From Epiperipatus broadwayi (Eukaryota; Animalia; Onychophora), in NCBI GenBank assembly GCA_028023455.1, contig JAQFVV010000002.1, positions 23,746,001-23,810,000 of the forward strand: a stretch of 64,000 bases of DNA. Direction: 5' to 3'. Position 1 is the first letter of the stretch; each line of letters begins with the position of its first letter. Position numbers and translations under genes: made by a program. The notes below the pieces were generated by a model. The model made no database searches. It was given only the letters and a program-made list of their open reading frames with translations, and was not told where the DNA came from. Positions 40,237-52,720 of the stretch are shown one piece after another.

Positions 40237-40507
40237 TAAAACAGGCAAAACTCTCCATAAAGTAGTGCCACTCAATGCAAGCCAGAAAATTAATGGATGC
40301 CAGAAGGTTTGTGCATAAAATCCCTATCTAGTGTCTACTCATCCAATATCCCCAGACTAGTTTCTGACTTGTGGCCTTCGTCAGTGAGGAGCCCAGGCTT
40401 TATTACTCTGGTTGGCACTGAGTGACACTACTGAAAGGAGAGTTTTGCCTGTTTTAATAATAGTTATGAGCAAGCATAAGAAACAGTGATCATGTGTTGT
40501 TTGATAG
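40237..40507. mobile_element. Family-1 element with internal inversion; intact HHR on the minus strand (40349-40390)
   Basis: Antisense piece 40240-40393 is followed by a sense 3' end ending GTGATCATGTGTTGTTT. HHR reads TCCTCA-CTGACGA-A-GGC-CACAA-GTC-A-GAAACTAGTC-TGGGGA. Candidate TSD TAAAATTGA (40228-40236 / 40508-40516). Confidence 0.85.
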
Positions 40508-41319
40508 TAAAATTGACAAAATGAATAACTTTATCATTTCTAATATTTTTTTTTTACCATTTTTAAACATCAAGAACATTACTGCATTTCCCCTATTATC
40601 TAATACATTTTTATTATTTAAATGTTTGATATACAGCTTTTCCAACAATTTTTCTATTTCTTAACAGGTTTTAAAAAAAAAATTATATAACAGTTCCATT
40701 ATTTTCTCGAGTATTACCATTTTTTTACTATAAATTGCATAATTATCTTCTTCATTTAAAGAATTTGAAATTCCAAAAAGGTGTTATCATAATTGTAAGA
40801 GTTATATTATTTTGTTCATTATTATAGAGTTCTTCTATACACTTTATGATGTCCTTTTTTTTAGTAGTAGTGCTATCCTTTTATCTTAAAGCTAATCCTT
40901 CATCAATATTTTATTTCATAGTTTTAAAACTTTTATACACTAAAATAGATTTCCTTGCAATTTCACAGTTGTATTTCCTTATCATTAACTCTTTTCTGTA
41001 TCATTTTATAGAATTCCATATTTGCAATTCTAAATAAATAAGTTATTCTTAAATATTTTAATATTATTTGTTTTCATTATACAGTGTCTTATATTGTAAA
41101 AAAAAAAAATACTGGCTAATTATTACTTTTTTTTTTGTTCTAGTTAGCTTCTTACTAATTTCATTAAAGTCAGTCATTTTTGAAATCTATAAATATTTTA
41201 AAATGCTATACAAGTTCTAGTTTAAATTTATTGGAATATTTCTGAAGATTTGGGATTTAACTGTTAAACTTTCTTTCACAATAAGATTTGTCTTTCTAAT
41301 TTTGCATTAATACTTATTG

Positions 41320-41625
41320 TAATATTAATAAGCCAATAAGTTAATGCACCCACACTTTGTAGATTTAACTATATAAATGAATACTCTCACTTTCCAAGCA
41401 CAAGAAAAAGTATTTGTGAAAAGATAAAATGAATCCTCTATCTTTTTGACCCAAACATTTATGTATGGGAAAATCTTAAGTATTTGGAAATGAGAGCATG
41501 AAGATGTTTGGAAAGTGAGAATATTAATTTATATAGTTAAATCTACAAAGCGCGTGTGCATTAGCTTATTGGCTTATTAATATTACAGTTTATAAAAACA
41601 TAGTACTATGTAAAATAAATGTCCT
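41320..41625 (+). mobile_element. Foldback insertion: ~80-bp inverted arms, ~110-nt spacer, 38-nt tail
   Basis: Arms at 41318-41397 and 41508-41587, tail at 41588-41625. TSD ATTAATACTTATTG (41306-41319 / 41626-41639). Confidence 0.8.
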
Positions 41626-41799
41626 ATTAATACTTATTGCAATATTATTAATTGATAAACAGGTCATGTGCTGGATACTTTTTTACTTTAAAATAGAATC
41701 CCCAATTCAGTTGCATCATAATTTATATGTTTCCATATTCATTTCTACTTTAAATGGCATTAAAAAAAACAATTTGTAATACATAATTTTTCAACAAAA

Positions 41800-42010
41800 T
41801 TTCACGAACCCAGTTCCATTTCATTTTGGTTTCCATCTTTTGCTAGCATCAAAATCAGTCTGCTCAAAAGTATTAATATAAGTATGTAAAAATCCTCTAT
41901 TTCTCCATTACAATGAGAAGTTGAGGCATAAATCTGAATTATCTTCATTTGGCATCACCCATAACATTGAATAAATAATTTCACCACTTTGTCTGATCTA
42001 TCATCAATCT
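41800..42010 (-). mobile_element. RTE-type APE endonuclease remnant
   Basis: Minus strand IIQIYASTSHCNGEIEDFY, matching the I.IIQ.YAPT....E.E.FY motif. Confidence 0.65.
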
Positions 42011-43365
42011 CCACACAGCTGTTATTTCATATTCAATTCTATCATGCTTCATTAATATTTGTGCATTTATAGTAGATTATGTGTCCACTTTTCAAAATTA
42101 TCTCTCTATCTTATTTTCTAACTTCATAAATATGATAATTCTTTATTCAATCCAAAAAAATCTTTCTCTACTTAAAACTTATTTACAACTGTTAATAGCT
42201 AAACAAAAAATTACCACAGATCTTTTATGATTCTTAACACCTGTACCTTGGCTGTGACCTTTATAATCTGCAGACAATAAGACTTATGATTTATTTTTGT
42301 CATCGTGTTTAAAAAAAAAATCTACAAAAAAAGCATTCACATACATATGTTGTCATTTATTCTGCATTATACTAAATCCAATCAATGGGTCTTGATAAAG
42401 TAATCAAATAGTCTGCTATTCGGAAGGTCATATATGATTTGATCCACAGAAATATTTACCTCTCAAGTCTGCCTCTACTTGTACCCAAACTGGCTAAAAA
42501 TTATTAAGTATCTGAGAAAAAAGAATTATGTTTTCTTTATCTTAAACAGAGGTAGAAATGAGAAATTTCATCAAAGTAATCACTGCATATTAGGAGAAGT
42601 AAAATAAAAGGCCTATGATGTTTTCTTGGTCTTAAACTCAGAGGTAAAAGCCAACAAATTCACCAAAGTGAATAATATATGTTAGCAAGAAGTATGTCTA
42701 TGTTCATTTTACTATGTGAGGAATTCTATGGCATAGACTGAAATTAACTCAACTTCTTAAAGCCTCAAAAAAATAATCAAACAATCATCTTTCAGTTCAT
42801 ATTATAACAAGAGTAAAAAGATGTTTGTAATACTCCTGTTTTATATACTTTACTTTCTTTACTCAACTATCAAACCAATTAATGATTCATTTGTAAATAT
42901 ATTGCATCTAATTTCTTTGATGATAATGATTACATTTTCAGACTCATTATATTCTCATGATCCAACACTATCTTGGTCATAAGGGTTCATTTAGTAAAGA
43001 CAGCTTTACTTGTACTTAAAAAGTATTCCAGATATATAAATGAATCCTTCTATATTACATTAAGCTTTCCCTTATCATTTCCAGTTGTTAGCTGAGTATA
43101 AAACACAGGCATGTAGAACAATAATTGTACATACATAACCATGGAGATAAGAAATGAGAATTAATGAAAAGACATTATTGATATTAAAAACAATCTATAT
43201 TAAAGACTAAACTAGATATTAATATCATGTTAAATGCAGATTATTAGTAATAATAGTAATAGAGATTAACACATTTTTATACCTCGTTCACAAAAGACTA
43301 TGTTTTAATATTTGTTCTTTAATATTCCGTAATTTAACTTACATTATTATTATATTTATCTAGGA

Positions 43366-43397
<32 letters not shown>

Positions 43398-43779
43398 TGA
43401 ATATGTTCTATCATATCTTTAATAATGACTTTAGAGAAACATATGTTTAAGTATATACATTAATTATATAAATAATCAAACAAAAAAAGCTAAATAAATT
43501 ATAATAAATCTAGATCTGTCTTAATTTAAATAAAATACAGATTTTTATTACTTTGTATTTTATATACATATGTATATCACAGATATCTCATATGCCTCTA
43601 TGATTAAAGCTGTCAGTAGCATGATTAAAGAGTTGATTTTTTTTCTTGAATCCAAAATCTGTATAATATCACACAAATTCTTAAAAAGATTATCTATAAT
43701 CTGTATATAATTTTTTTCTTTGGTTGTAGTTATATTTTCATAAATCAATTATGATGCTAGAGATTTTAAGTAGATACTT

Positions 43780-44320
43780 TAGTAGATCAGACTTGTTGTT
43801 CAAATTGAAATGTGAAGTATCTATACAGGTAACAATTACTGGGGCATACTCTTCCAGTTTTTTTTTTCCAGCACATCTTTTCATCTTTGAGAAACTATAC
43901 ATCATAAGAGTGATGACCTGAATATTTCTAAAGAGTGTCAACCAGACATTAACTTTCACAACAACTACAAGATGGAAGAGTATAGTTTTGAATTAAGGAA
44001 TATATTAAAAAATACTTTTCCCAAAACTAAATTATTTGCCTCATATTACTGTGACTGTTTCCTACTGTTACCACCACGAAGTTATAACTGCCAGTTTTGT
44101 GGTACCTTAACTTTGAATCAATCTCTGCTGTATTATTTTTATTCACTTCTGACCCTAATTTACACAATCAACAAAACTTCAACTGCTGCTTCAGTTCGAC
44201 TACTTACAAAACATTTTCATTTTTCTTTCACGGATAAGCTCCTTATTGATTAAGTAAACCAAGCTTTCTAAAGCTCGATCTGAGGAAAGTAATTGTTATT
44301 GTGCTGAAACGTCAGCTATT
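43780..44320 (+). mobile_element. Decayed PLE 3' region ending in an HHR-like motif (44272-44317)
   Basis: Weak GIY-YIG-like translation (ASYYCDC...YNCQFCGT...KH), followed by CTGAGGA-AAGTAATTGTTATTGTGCT-GAAACGTC-AGCT. Confidence 0.45.
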
Positions 44321-44689
44321 TAGCTATTATGTATTTTCATTACATGTAAACTTCTGGAAATAATACTATAAATTCATTTACCTATGAGAATATATATATA
44401 TAGTAACATTATAAATTAAATTTCTAGCATCAGAAACTAAGTCATATATTTAATTAATTGAACTTAATCTCTTTCTATTTTATATTTGTATAAATGTAAT
44501 ATATATATAAGCATACCATATATAAACAATTAAGCATCACATGATCACATTTCCTATACTAGCACATTAATTGTTGATAAACAGAGCAAAACTCTCCATA
44601 CAGTATTGCCACCTGTGCTAAACAGAGTAATCAGTGGATGCCAGAAGGCTTGTGCATAAAATCCCTATCTAATGCCTACTCATCCAATA

Positions 44690-44731
44690 TCCCCAGACTA
44701 GTTTCTGGCTTGTGGCCTTCATCAGTGAGGA
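44690..44731 (-). ncRNA. Type I hammerhead ribozyme (family 1)
   Basis: Exact reverse complement of the HHR at 45420-45461. Confidence 0.85.
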
Positions 44732-45419
44732 GCTTTGGATCTGAGAGCACTGCATCTAGATCTTAGGATCTAATGCAACCCTCTAGCAACCATCTTTTAT
44801 CTCTACTTAACTACAAAACTATGAGAATAAAATTGAAAACACAAAAAATATTTTCAATCTAAGCTCAATAGCTTATATAGTCATATGGGTCTGAACTCAG
44901 TTCAGTACCCATACATTTTGGTGTCTTTGGCTCTTTTACAACCATAGCCACCACTATCCTACTAGGCAGGATTGGTGTTAAACCATTAAGCATCACATGA
45001 TCACATTTCCTATACTAGCACATTAGATAGGGATTTTATGCACAAGCCTTCTGGCATCCATTGATTATTCTGTTTAGCACAGGTGGCAATACTGTATGGA
45101 GAGTTTTGCTCTGTTTATCAACAATTAATGTGCTAGTATAGGAAATGTGATCATGTGATGCTTAATGGTTTAACATCAATCCTGCCTAATAGGATAGCGG
45201 TGGCTATGGTTGTAAAAAAGCCAAAGACACCAAAATGTATGGGTGCTGAACTGAGTTCAGACCCATATGACTATATAAGCTATTGAGCTTAGATTGAAAA
45301 TATTTTTTGTGTTTTCAATTTCATTCTCATAGTTTTGTAGTTAAGTAGAGTTAAAAGGTGGTTGCTAGAGGATTGCATTAGATCCTAAGATCTAGATGCA
45401 GTGCTCTCAGATCCAAAGC

Positions 45420-45461
45420 TCCTCACTGATGAAGGCCACAAGCCAGAAACTAGTCTGGGGA
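45420..45461 (+). ncRNA. Type I hammerhead ribozyme (family 1)
   Basis: TCCTCA-CTGATGA-A-GGC-CACAA-GCC-A-GAAAC-TAGTC-TGGGGA. Stem III is the palindrome ACTAGT. Stem I is extended by ATCCAA/TTGGAT (45411-45416 / 45464-45469) across an AGC/TA internal loop. Predicted cut after C45455. Confidence 0.85.
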
Positions 45462-48400
45462 TATTGGATGAGTAGGCATTAGATAGGGATTTTATGCACA
45501 AGCCTTCTGGCATCCATTGATTACTCTGTTTAGCACAGGTGGCAATAATGTATGGAGAGTTTTGCTCTGTTTATCATACCATATATATATATATATTCTA
45601 ACTAATGAAATTTTTCAAGAGATGATGATTTTCTAACTAAATGAAATTCAAGTGTATTATAAATTAAATATACCCTAATCTAAATCTTGGTTTTTAAACA
45701 TGAAAATTTTTAAATATAAATTAACGACAGATGCATTTCTTAAGTATCAATTAAATATGCAATGCATCAATTATATATATTATACTATAATAGGTATAGA
45801 TTAAATAATTTCTAAGTATAGATTTAATACAATAATCTCTCAAGTACAATGTATAGACTAATATATTTCATACGTATAAATCAAATACAATCTCCTTCGT
45901 GCGACTGCGTTACAAGCCAATTGTAACTAAATAAAATCAATTCAAACAAATGAAAAGTTATTCTTTATTTTGTTAACTTTATAAAAACTTATTAAATTAT
46001 CATGAAACGCATTTTTCAATCTCTCGATCGGTCATCCACATTGGATTTTAAATAACATTAAAACGACTGGGAGAACTTACAAATATCATATATATTACTG
46101 GACAGTTTAAGCTATTTATAACTTTATTCTAACCAATGAGAATTTTATTCATATGATCGCACATCCACGTTATGGATTAATTATACTATATTCAAACTAT
46201 TGGGCATTTACACACTTGCAGATAAATTGCATGCCGATTACAACATTTTAAGAATGGATCGATGGAGACTTCATCATCCCCAGCTGATACTATTTCTGAG
46301 GCCTACTGAGATGATGATACAGAACATCTATAAGCTTAATTGCTAGGACGCCAAATTGCAGCTCCAATAAAATATAAAGGTTAAAACTCAATTCAATACT
46401 CTTAGTAATATTTCATGAATGGGTTAATAATACACAATCGATTTAAAGAACACTGAGAACGCATTAAAATTGACAATATTAATATCTGTAAGAATTCTAG
46501 GTTATTCTCAGCACAGTCCCCATTCACTATGATTAAAGTTAAAGCTACAATTAAATTTTATCCTAATTATAAAGTTCTATATTCATCTCCATCTTACTGA
46601 TCCACTCCTCCAACAATTTCACATCCATATGTCTATTACATTATTACTTATTTTATCATTAAATTTGACATCTTTGCTAGCTCATTTCCTCTCATTATAA
46701 TCTCTTCTCAGGGTTTTTCGAACAATTAGGTGTGGAAATCGAATAAGGATAGGTTATTGGTGATAAACATTCCTCTCTTGATCGCCTCCAAGGTGATCTC
46801 GGTTGTCTTTAATGCAGTTTAATATCAATTTACATTAAAGCTGGAATATTTTAAGCTTATTAAATCTTTATAAACACATCCTAAAATATAGTCGCAATTA
46901 TAACAAAATTATATAAAATAAAATGCGTCTAGAGAAGTTTGAATACAACGGATGGAGAAAGAATTTTATGCCCATCCCTTGCACTCGCTATCACTCAATA
47001 CTATCTCTATTGCGATTTATACTTCAGCAATATTAAATTATTGGTAATTTTAAGCATTTGAAATTAACCTTTTAAATAGCTCTACTAAATATCAGTTATG
47101 TACATGATAATTCAAATATTAATAATAATATATTGATGTATGATTGGATTGGAAATATCTAGATAATAATAACCCACAAAAACATGGAGACACACGCAAA
47201 TTTTATTTAAAACAAATAACAAATTTTATTTGACAAACTATAATTCAATATCAATACAAAACATATACATGGAATTATATCTACCCTTTCTTTTTACCCT
47301 AAATATAACAAATACCAGTTTCTTCCCGTTTACAATGCTTTCTCTTTTTATTACTGATATAATTTAGAAAATACACAATCGATTTCTGCCCTAATTAAAT
47401 TTAATAATTTTAACAAATTTCTGGATCTTATCCTATCATTCCGATTAAATATTCTTTTGCCCTAATCTTTACAACAGAGATATTTTAAAATAGTAAGACT
47501 AAGTCATTGCAAATAAATTGGCATTAAGATCAAACATCATCATAGTGCACCCACTATATGTGCACGTTTCTATAACATAATAATATTTTAACAATATTAC
47601 CTTTCCAGCGAAGTTCTCAGCAGGCCATGTAAATATTTATTAAACACATTTATATACGCATTGCTTATGCCCAATCATTCGTAAGTTTTATTTAACCCTT
47701 AACAGTTATTAACTTAATTATTTTTGGCTCTATGCTAAATCTACAAAAACAATATTCAAATACACCAATTGCACATACGTTATCTGCATTCATTCAGACA
47801 TTAAATTGAGTTTGCAACCTGGTATCCAATATTTATAATAATGCTTATCATGGCTATCCTCTCATACACACGTAAGGAATATCAAATATTAATATGAGGC
47901 AAGCAGTGACCCGAATAAGAGATAACCTTTTCACTAAGGTTGAGATATGCTAGGATTTTTATCGCTAGTCATATAAAAACATAGGTATACCAAATATCTC
48001 TGGCCATCAAAATAAGAAACCTTCTTACGGTGTAGAGAATACTCAAGTGGGAAAATTCTTCCACTGGGTTCAAATACTTTATGAATATAGCATATATCTT
48101 ATAGTGAGTTAAACTTCACTGAGTTTGTGGAGATCTTTGTCTATCCACACACATACAGGTCGAAACATCAAATTATACAAGTAAAACTTTCACAACTTTA
48201 ATATTCTTGCAAATTAGTGTACTGGAATATGAGCACATAAATTTTCCAAGCATAAATCAGCTTGTTTCTGGCCTTAAATCTATGATAACAATAATAATAA
48301 GCAATAAGAAATGCACACAAAATCCTCAAAACTATTTCCATGCACTTTTATAAAATAAAAATGATGATGATACTCAATAGACAAGCAATTCATTTATAAG

Positions 48401-51400
48401 TCTAAGCATTTGATAATAACTTCTGATGCTAATAATAATATCTCTTAATTGTTTTCTTCTTCTTTTTTTTTTTTTTAAATTGAAAAAAAAAAAATTGTTT
48501 GTAAAACATTTTAAATAAGGCATATCAGTTCTACCCCCAAAATGACCATAATAGCAAAAGCATTTAAATAAACATATATAAAATCATCTGAAATCAATTT
48601 CTACCCCCAAAATAATACAATGATAATTTTAAAGTAGATGATATACATAATACACTACAAAAAAAAAGAAATTCTTTTTTTATATATATTAAATGTCCTA
48701 CACACATTTTTTTATATCTACATTAAATGTCCTACACATATAAAGAGCGAATAATAATAAAAAAAATATACTTATACAAGTCCTTTAGCGGTCCTTTCAG
48801 GCTCCTGATTTCTACTTCTCCCTTTTTTTTCCTTGACCGGTTTATGAGAGCATATAAGTCCTTGTTGTAAAAAGTTCTTTTGATAGAGTTCGGTTCCTTT
48901 TCACTCATATATACAGTTTTTATTTTGCTGAATGTGTTCCTCATTTCCAACTCTAGGTAGATTACCTTTAAACTTTGTAATTTTCTGGAGGTTTCAGTTA
49001 AACAGCCTTCAGTTAACTTTTTCACAATATCAGTCTGTTTTTGATTGTCCTTTTCCAATTTTAATTTCATTTTATATGTTTAAATTGACTTACATATACA
49101 TCAAACTTTTGAGTTTTAAATTTTACTATTTTCATATATATATATAAATGATATTAAACTCAAATTTTAACTTCTGTGGTTTAAATTTTTATTACCATCT
49201 GCTGAATAGCTGACTTTTGGAGGTTGAAAAAGTGTGTATTCACTTAAAATTTACTCACTATACATTGTTATATTTAGCCAAATTATTCTGAAGAGACCAA
49301 AAAGTACAATAAAACGATTTTAAATTTTTATAAGACAGTTTTCTTTAAGTCAACCAAGGAAAACTGCTACAGATAAGTTTTAAAAAATACAAGCCAGTTT
49401 AAAATAAAAAGAAGCCTTTCTTTTTCCTCCTTTAACACAGCTTTTATAGAGACATCCACCTGTGTTTATTATCTTTATAATTAATTGACATGTTCCCCCT
49501 TCTCAATTAAATTTAATCTTTTACCCCCTCAGAAAAATCAGGCACAAATTCTATTTCAAACAGACACGATTAATTTTACAATCTAACAATCAATTGCCAA
49601 TTAATTTTCGACACTCTAACAGACCAGACTGACCAATCATCATTAATGGGCCAAATTAATGGTCCACTTAAATTCCTTGGCCAGACCTGTGTCCTTTAAG
49701 GAATGATAATTGACTGAGTAATATAACACTTGAACTCATACTAGAAGTAATCTTACTTTTTTCCTTTAATAGTGAAACCAGATATATATTACAGCTGTTT
49801 CAAACTCAGACTTTAAATTAAATTTAGCTGCTAATATTAAACTTATTAAAAATGATTTTAATATCTTATTTAAAATTGCTTTACAACATGTAAGAAATGA
49901 TTATTAATTGTAAATTGTACCGTTAAGATCTACAATTAAATTATATACACACACACATCGCAGGTATATACTTTTCTTTAAATTAACCTTTAATTGACCA
50001 ATTTACTACCTTAATCTATAATTATAATCTTTAATTATTATAACTATATTATTATTATTTTTTTTTTTATATTTACTTTCATGAATTATATATTTCTAAC
50101 CTAGCATAAAATAATGACCACTCATCATCACTATCTAATATAGTTTTTCAACAGTCACACATCTCCCTATCAACAAATGTGTAAATCTTGCTTTTTTTCT
50201 AATATTTTCTTAATATCAATTTAACCCATAAATTACAATAAAATAATCCTCTGGTTATGAACACATTAACAATAAATTTTTAGATTGCTTACTAGTCAAA
50301 CATATGCAATCCCATATAAATATGGGTTCAAACTCAGTCTTGGCTAAATTTTTCTTATTACAGAAAAAAAAATACATATATTATGAGGAAAATTTGGATG
50401 AAACCTTCTTTGCATATTTAACCTAAAAAGATGGAGCCTCGGACAAATCCAAGGGCTACAATATATATATATGTTTATTATTGAAACTTCCTATAATTAA
50501 AAACAAGAAATAAAGTTTTCTAATTTTAAATATTTATGTAATCTCAGATTATATATAAATCAGTGATTATATTTAAACAATATTACATTAAAAAAATATT
50601 TTGTAATTTATTAGATAAATTACATTTTGGATACATTCTGAAAATCCTGGCTTACTTTTGTAGATCCAAATCCCTTTATTACCTAAATTATTTTTTAAAG
50701 CTATATAATGTTGAAGAATTATGGCATAAAAAATGGACTTCTTATGAAGTTCCAGCTTTGAAAGAATTGTAGGCCTTAATAAAACTATTAGTGAATCTAT
50801 ATCATGGTTGGAATTTTCTACAGTTTCATTTATATTTTGTCAATAATTAAGCTAACAAAAAAATCCATACCCAATAAATAAATAATTGCTTTCTAACATT
50901 TATATATAACATATATATATATCCACCTTTTTTTTTTTGTAAAAAGTCATATATTGTGCACTTAAATAAAAAAATCTTGGAATGCAACAATAAATGGAAG
51001 AGATTAATAAAAAAATACGATTTCTGTAATAATTTCAAATATAGCTTTTATTAAATAAACATGTATGATTCAATGTAAAAGATTTTATTTTGTTGATGAT
51101 TTTTTTCCTTCAGATATTCCCAACTGAAATTAGACATACAAAAATACATCCAGTTAAAATGACTTTTATAAAAGACAATCAATGCAGAGAATCAATAAAT
51201 AAAAAAAAACCTAAAACATTAATTTAAAAATGGACATTCTATACTATAAGTTGCTGTCGTGAAATTAAGTCAAAAAAAAGAAATGTTAGCAATTATTTTA
51301 CTGAACATCATTAGGGAGGGGGTATGTTGTCTCTTATTTATTGCAAATTGGTATAGAAAAGAATATATTTATAAAGTCTTTATATTATTTGCATTCATAG

Positions 51401-52534
51401 ATAACAAAAGTTATAACAAGTACTATTGGATGTCAAAGACAAAACTTACACAATAAGTCTAACTAATCAAAATATATAAACAAACAAACAAAAAAAAAAA
51501 TTTCAAGCTCTAATAAGTACCCAAATACAATTTTGGATTAGCCAATTTTTTATTATTATTGAAAATTCAAATTTTTTTATATATAAATATTGCTAAAAAA
51601 AAGTCAAATTAAAATTTATTGGATCACTATAACAAAAATTTGAGACTATGAGTTTATTATTCATTGCTAGATGTAGGCTGTTGGTTTTTTTATTTGGTAA
51701 TTCTAACATTTTTTTTTTTAAAGATTTAATGTAAATTAAACAAAAGTTTTAATATTATATAAATTAAAAAAAAAAAAAAAATGTTTGGAACAATCGGCCT
51801 GTTTGCTCCAATTCCGAAATGTACATGGAAAGGTATTAATAAAGCTAAATTAAAAATGCAAAATATATCTGTTATATTTGATATGTGAATCTGACAGCAT
51901 TTTTTTAATTGGTTGCTTTAATAATCAATCTTAAAACATTCAACATAGCAGCAATATCGAACCCTGATGATCTGTTAATCACAACCAAAAATTTTTCTTA
52001 CAAAATTAAATTACTAATATAAACTTTTTGACTGCTATTCCTTACTGTTTCATGTGAATTTGAATTTCTATGTTATATTGTTAAAATGTAACACTCTGAT
52101 GACAAATGCACATTATTTTGTACATATATATGTAAATAAAAAAAGGTAAAACAACTTTTAAATAGCTCATTGCAAAATAAAGATCTACTAACATCTTCAT
52201 AGAGGAATAAGGACTTATTCACTAAGCTATTTAACTGTTGAGTAGTGAGAATTTGAATAGTTTTACATGCTTGTTTTACTTACCCTCTAAATAAAAAAAA
52301 GAGAGATTACCAATTTACTAACCAGAAAGGTTGAGTATTTGTATATATATATACACATTGCGTTACAGTGAATAAAAGACTGGTCCTCTTCCAAAGCTTC
52401 CTGGAAACATCATTACTGAGTCAATTCATGTGCTATATAGTGAAATAGTTTAGCTAAAAGTTTATAATGTTAGCATGTCTGGGACATGAGTTATGAGATA
52501 AAATTTGACAGTGTATTTTGTATTAATAATTCAC

Positions 52535-52720
52535 AATAGAGCAGTGTGTTAATATTACATTTTGTTTTAAATTATGTAAAAATGCTATGGAAATATTTGA
52601 AATGATCAAAGTGTGTTTGGTAATAAAGCCATGAGTTGGAAGAAAGTTTTCAAATAGTTGGCAAAATTTTGTGATGGTAGAGAGAGCATTATATATGAAG
52701 TAAAAACACACCGACACATT
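52535..52720 (+). mobile_element. Mariner transposase N-terminal (HTH) remnant
   Basis: EQCVNITFCFKLCKNAMEIFEMIKV-FGNKAMSWKKVFK*LAKFCDGRESI matches the mariner EQR..IKFCFKLGK.A.E...M....FG..AMS....F.W...F..GRES pattern; one frameshift and one stop. Confidence 0.8.

Larger units (their letters stand above)
44525..45574. mobile_element. Family-1 inverted dimer: 1.1 antisense plus 1.2 sense copies of a 456-nt hammerhead monomer, inserted as one unit
   Basis: The 456-nt period is seen on both sides (44531/44987 and 45021/45477). Arms 44575-45025 and 45126-45576 differ at about 11 positions by my count. The inversion junction shares CATTA (45021-45025). 13-bp TSD CATACCATATATA (44512-44524 / 45575-45587). 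Confidence 0.93.

Noticed and set aside
42210-42480. Short AG...GT-bounded minus-strand segments as upstream POLR3A exons
   Set aside because: Translations (e.g. YKGHSQGTGVKNHKRSV) do not match the conserved RPC1 sequence.
44525-45574. CRISPR array or classical TIR DNA transposon
   Set aside because: There is no repeat-spacer periodicity. The ends are asymmetric, TSD lengths vary between copies and hammerheads are present, which points to an RNA-mediated element.
48732-49070. 112-aa minus-strand ORF (longest in the track)
   Set aside because: Lysine-rich with no recognisable domain or convincing splice signals. It could be a TE ORF1 relic but cannot be supported.
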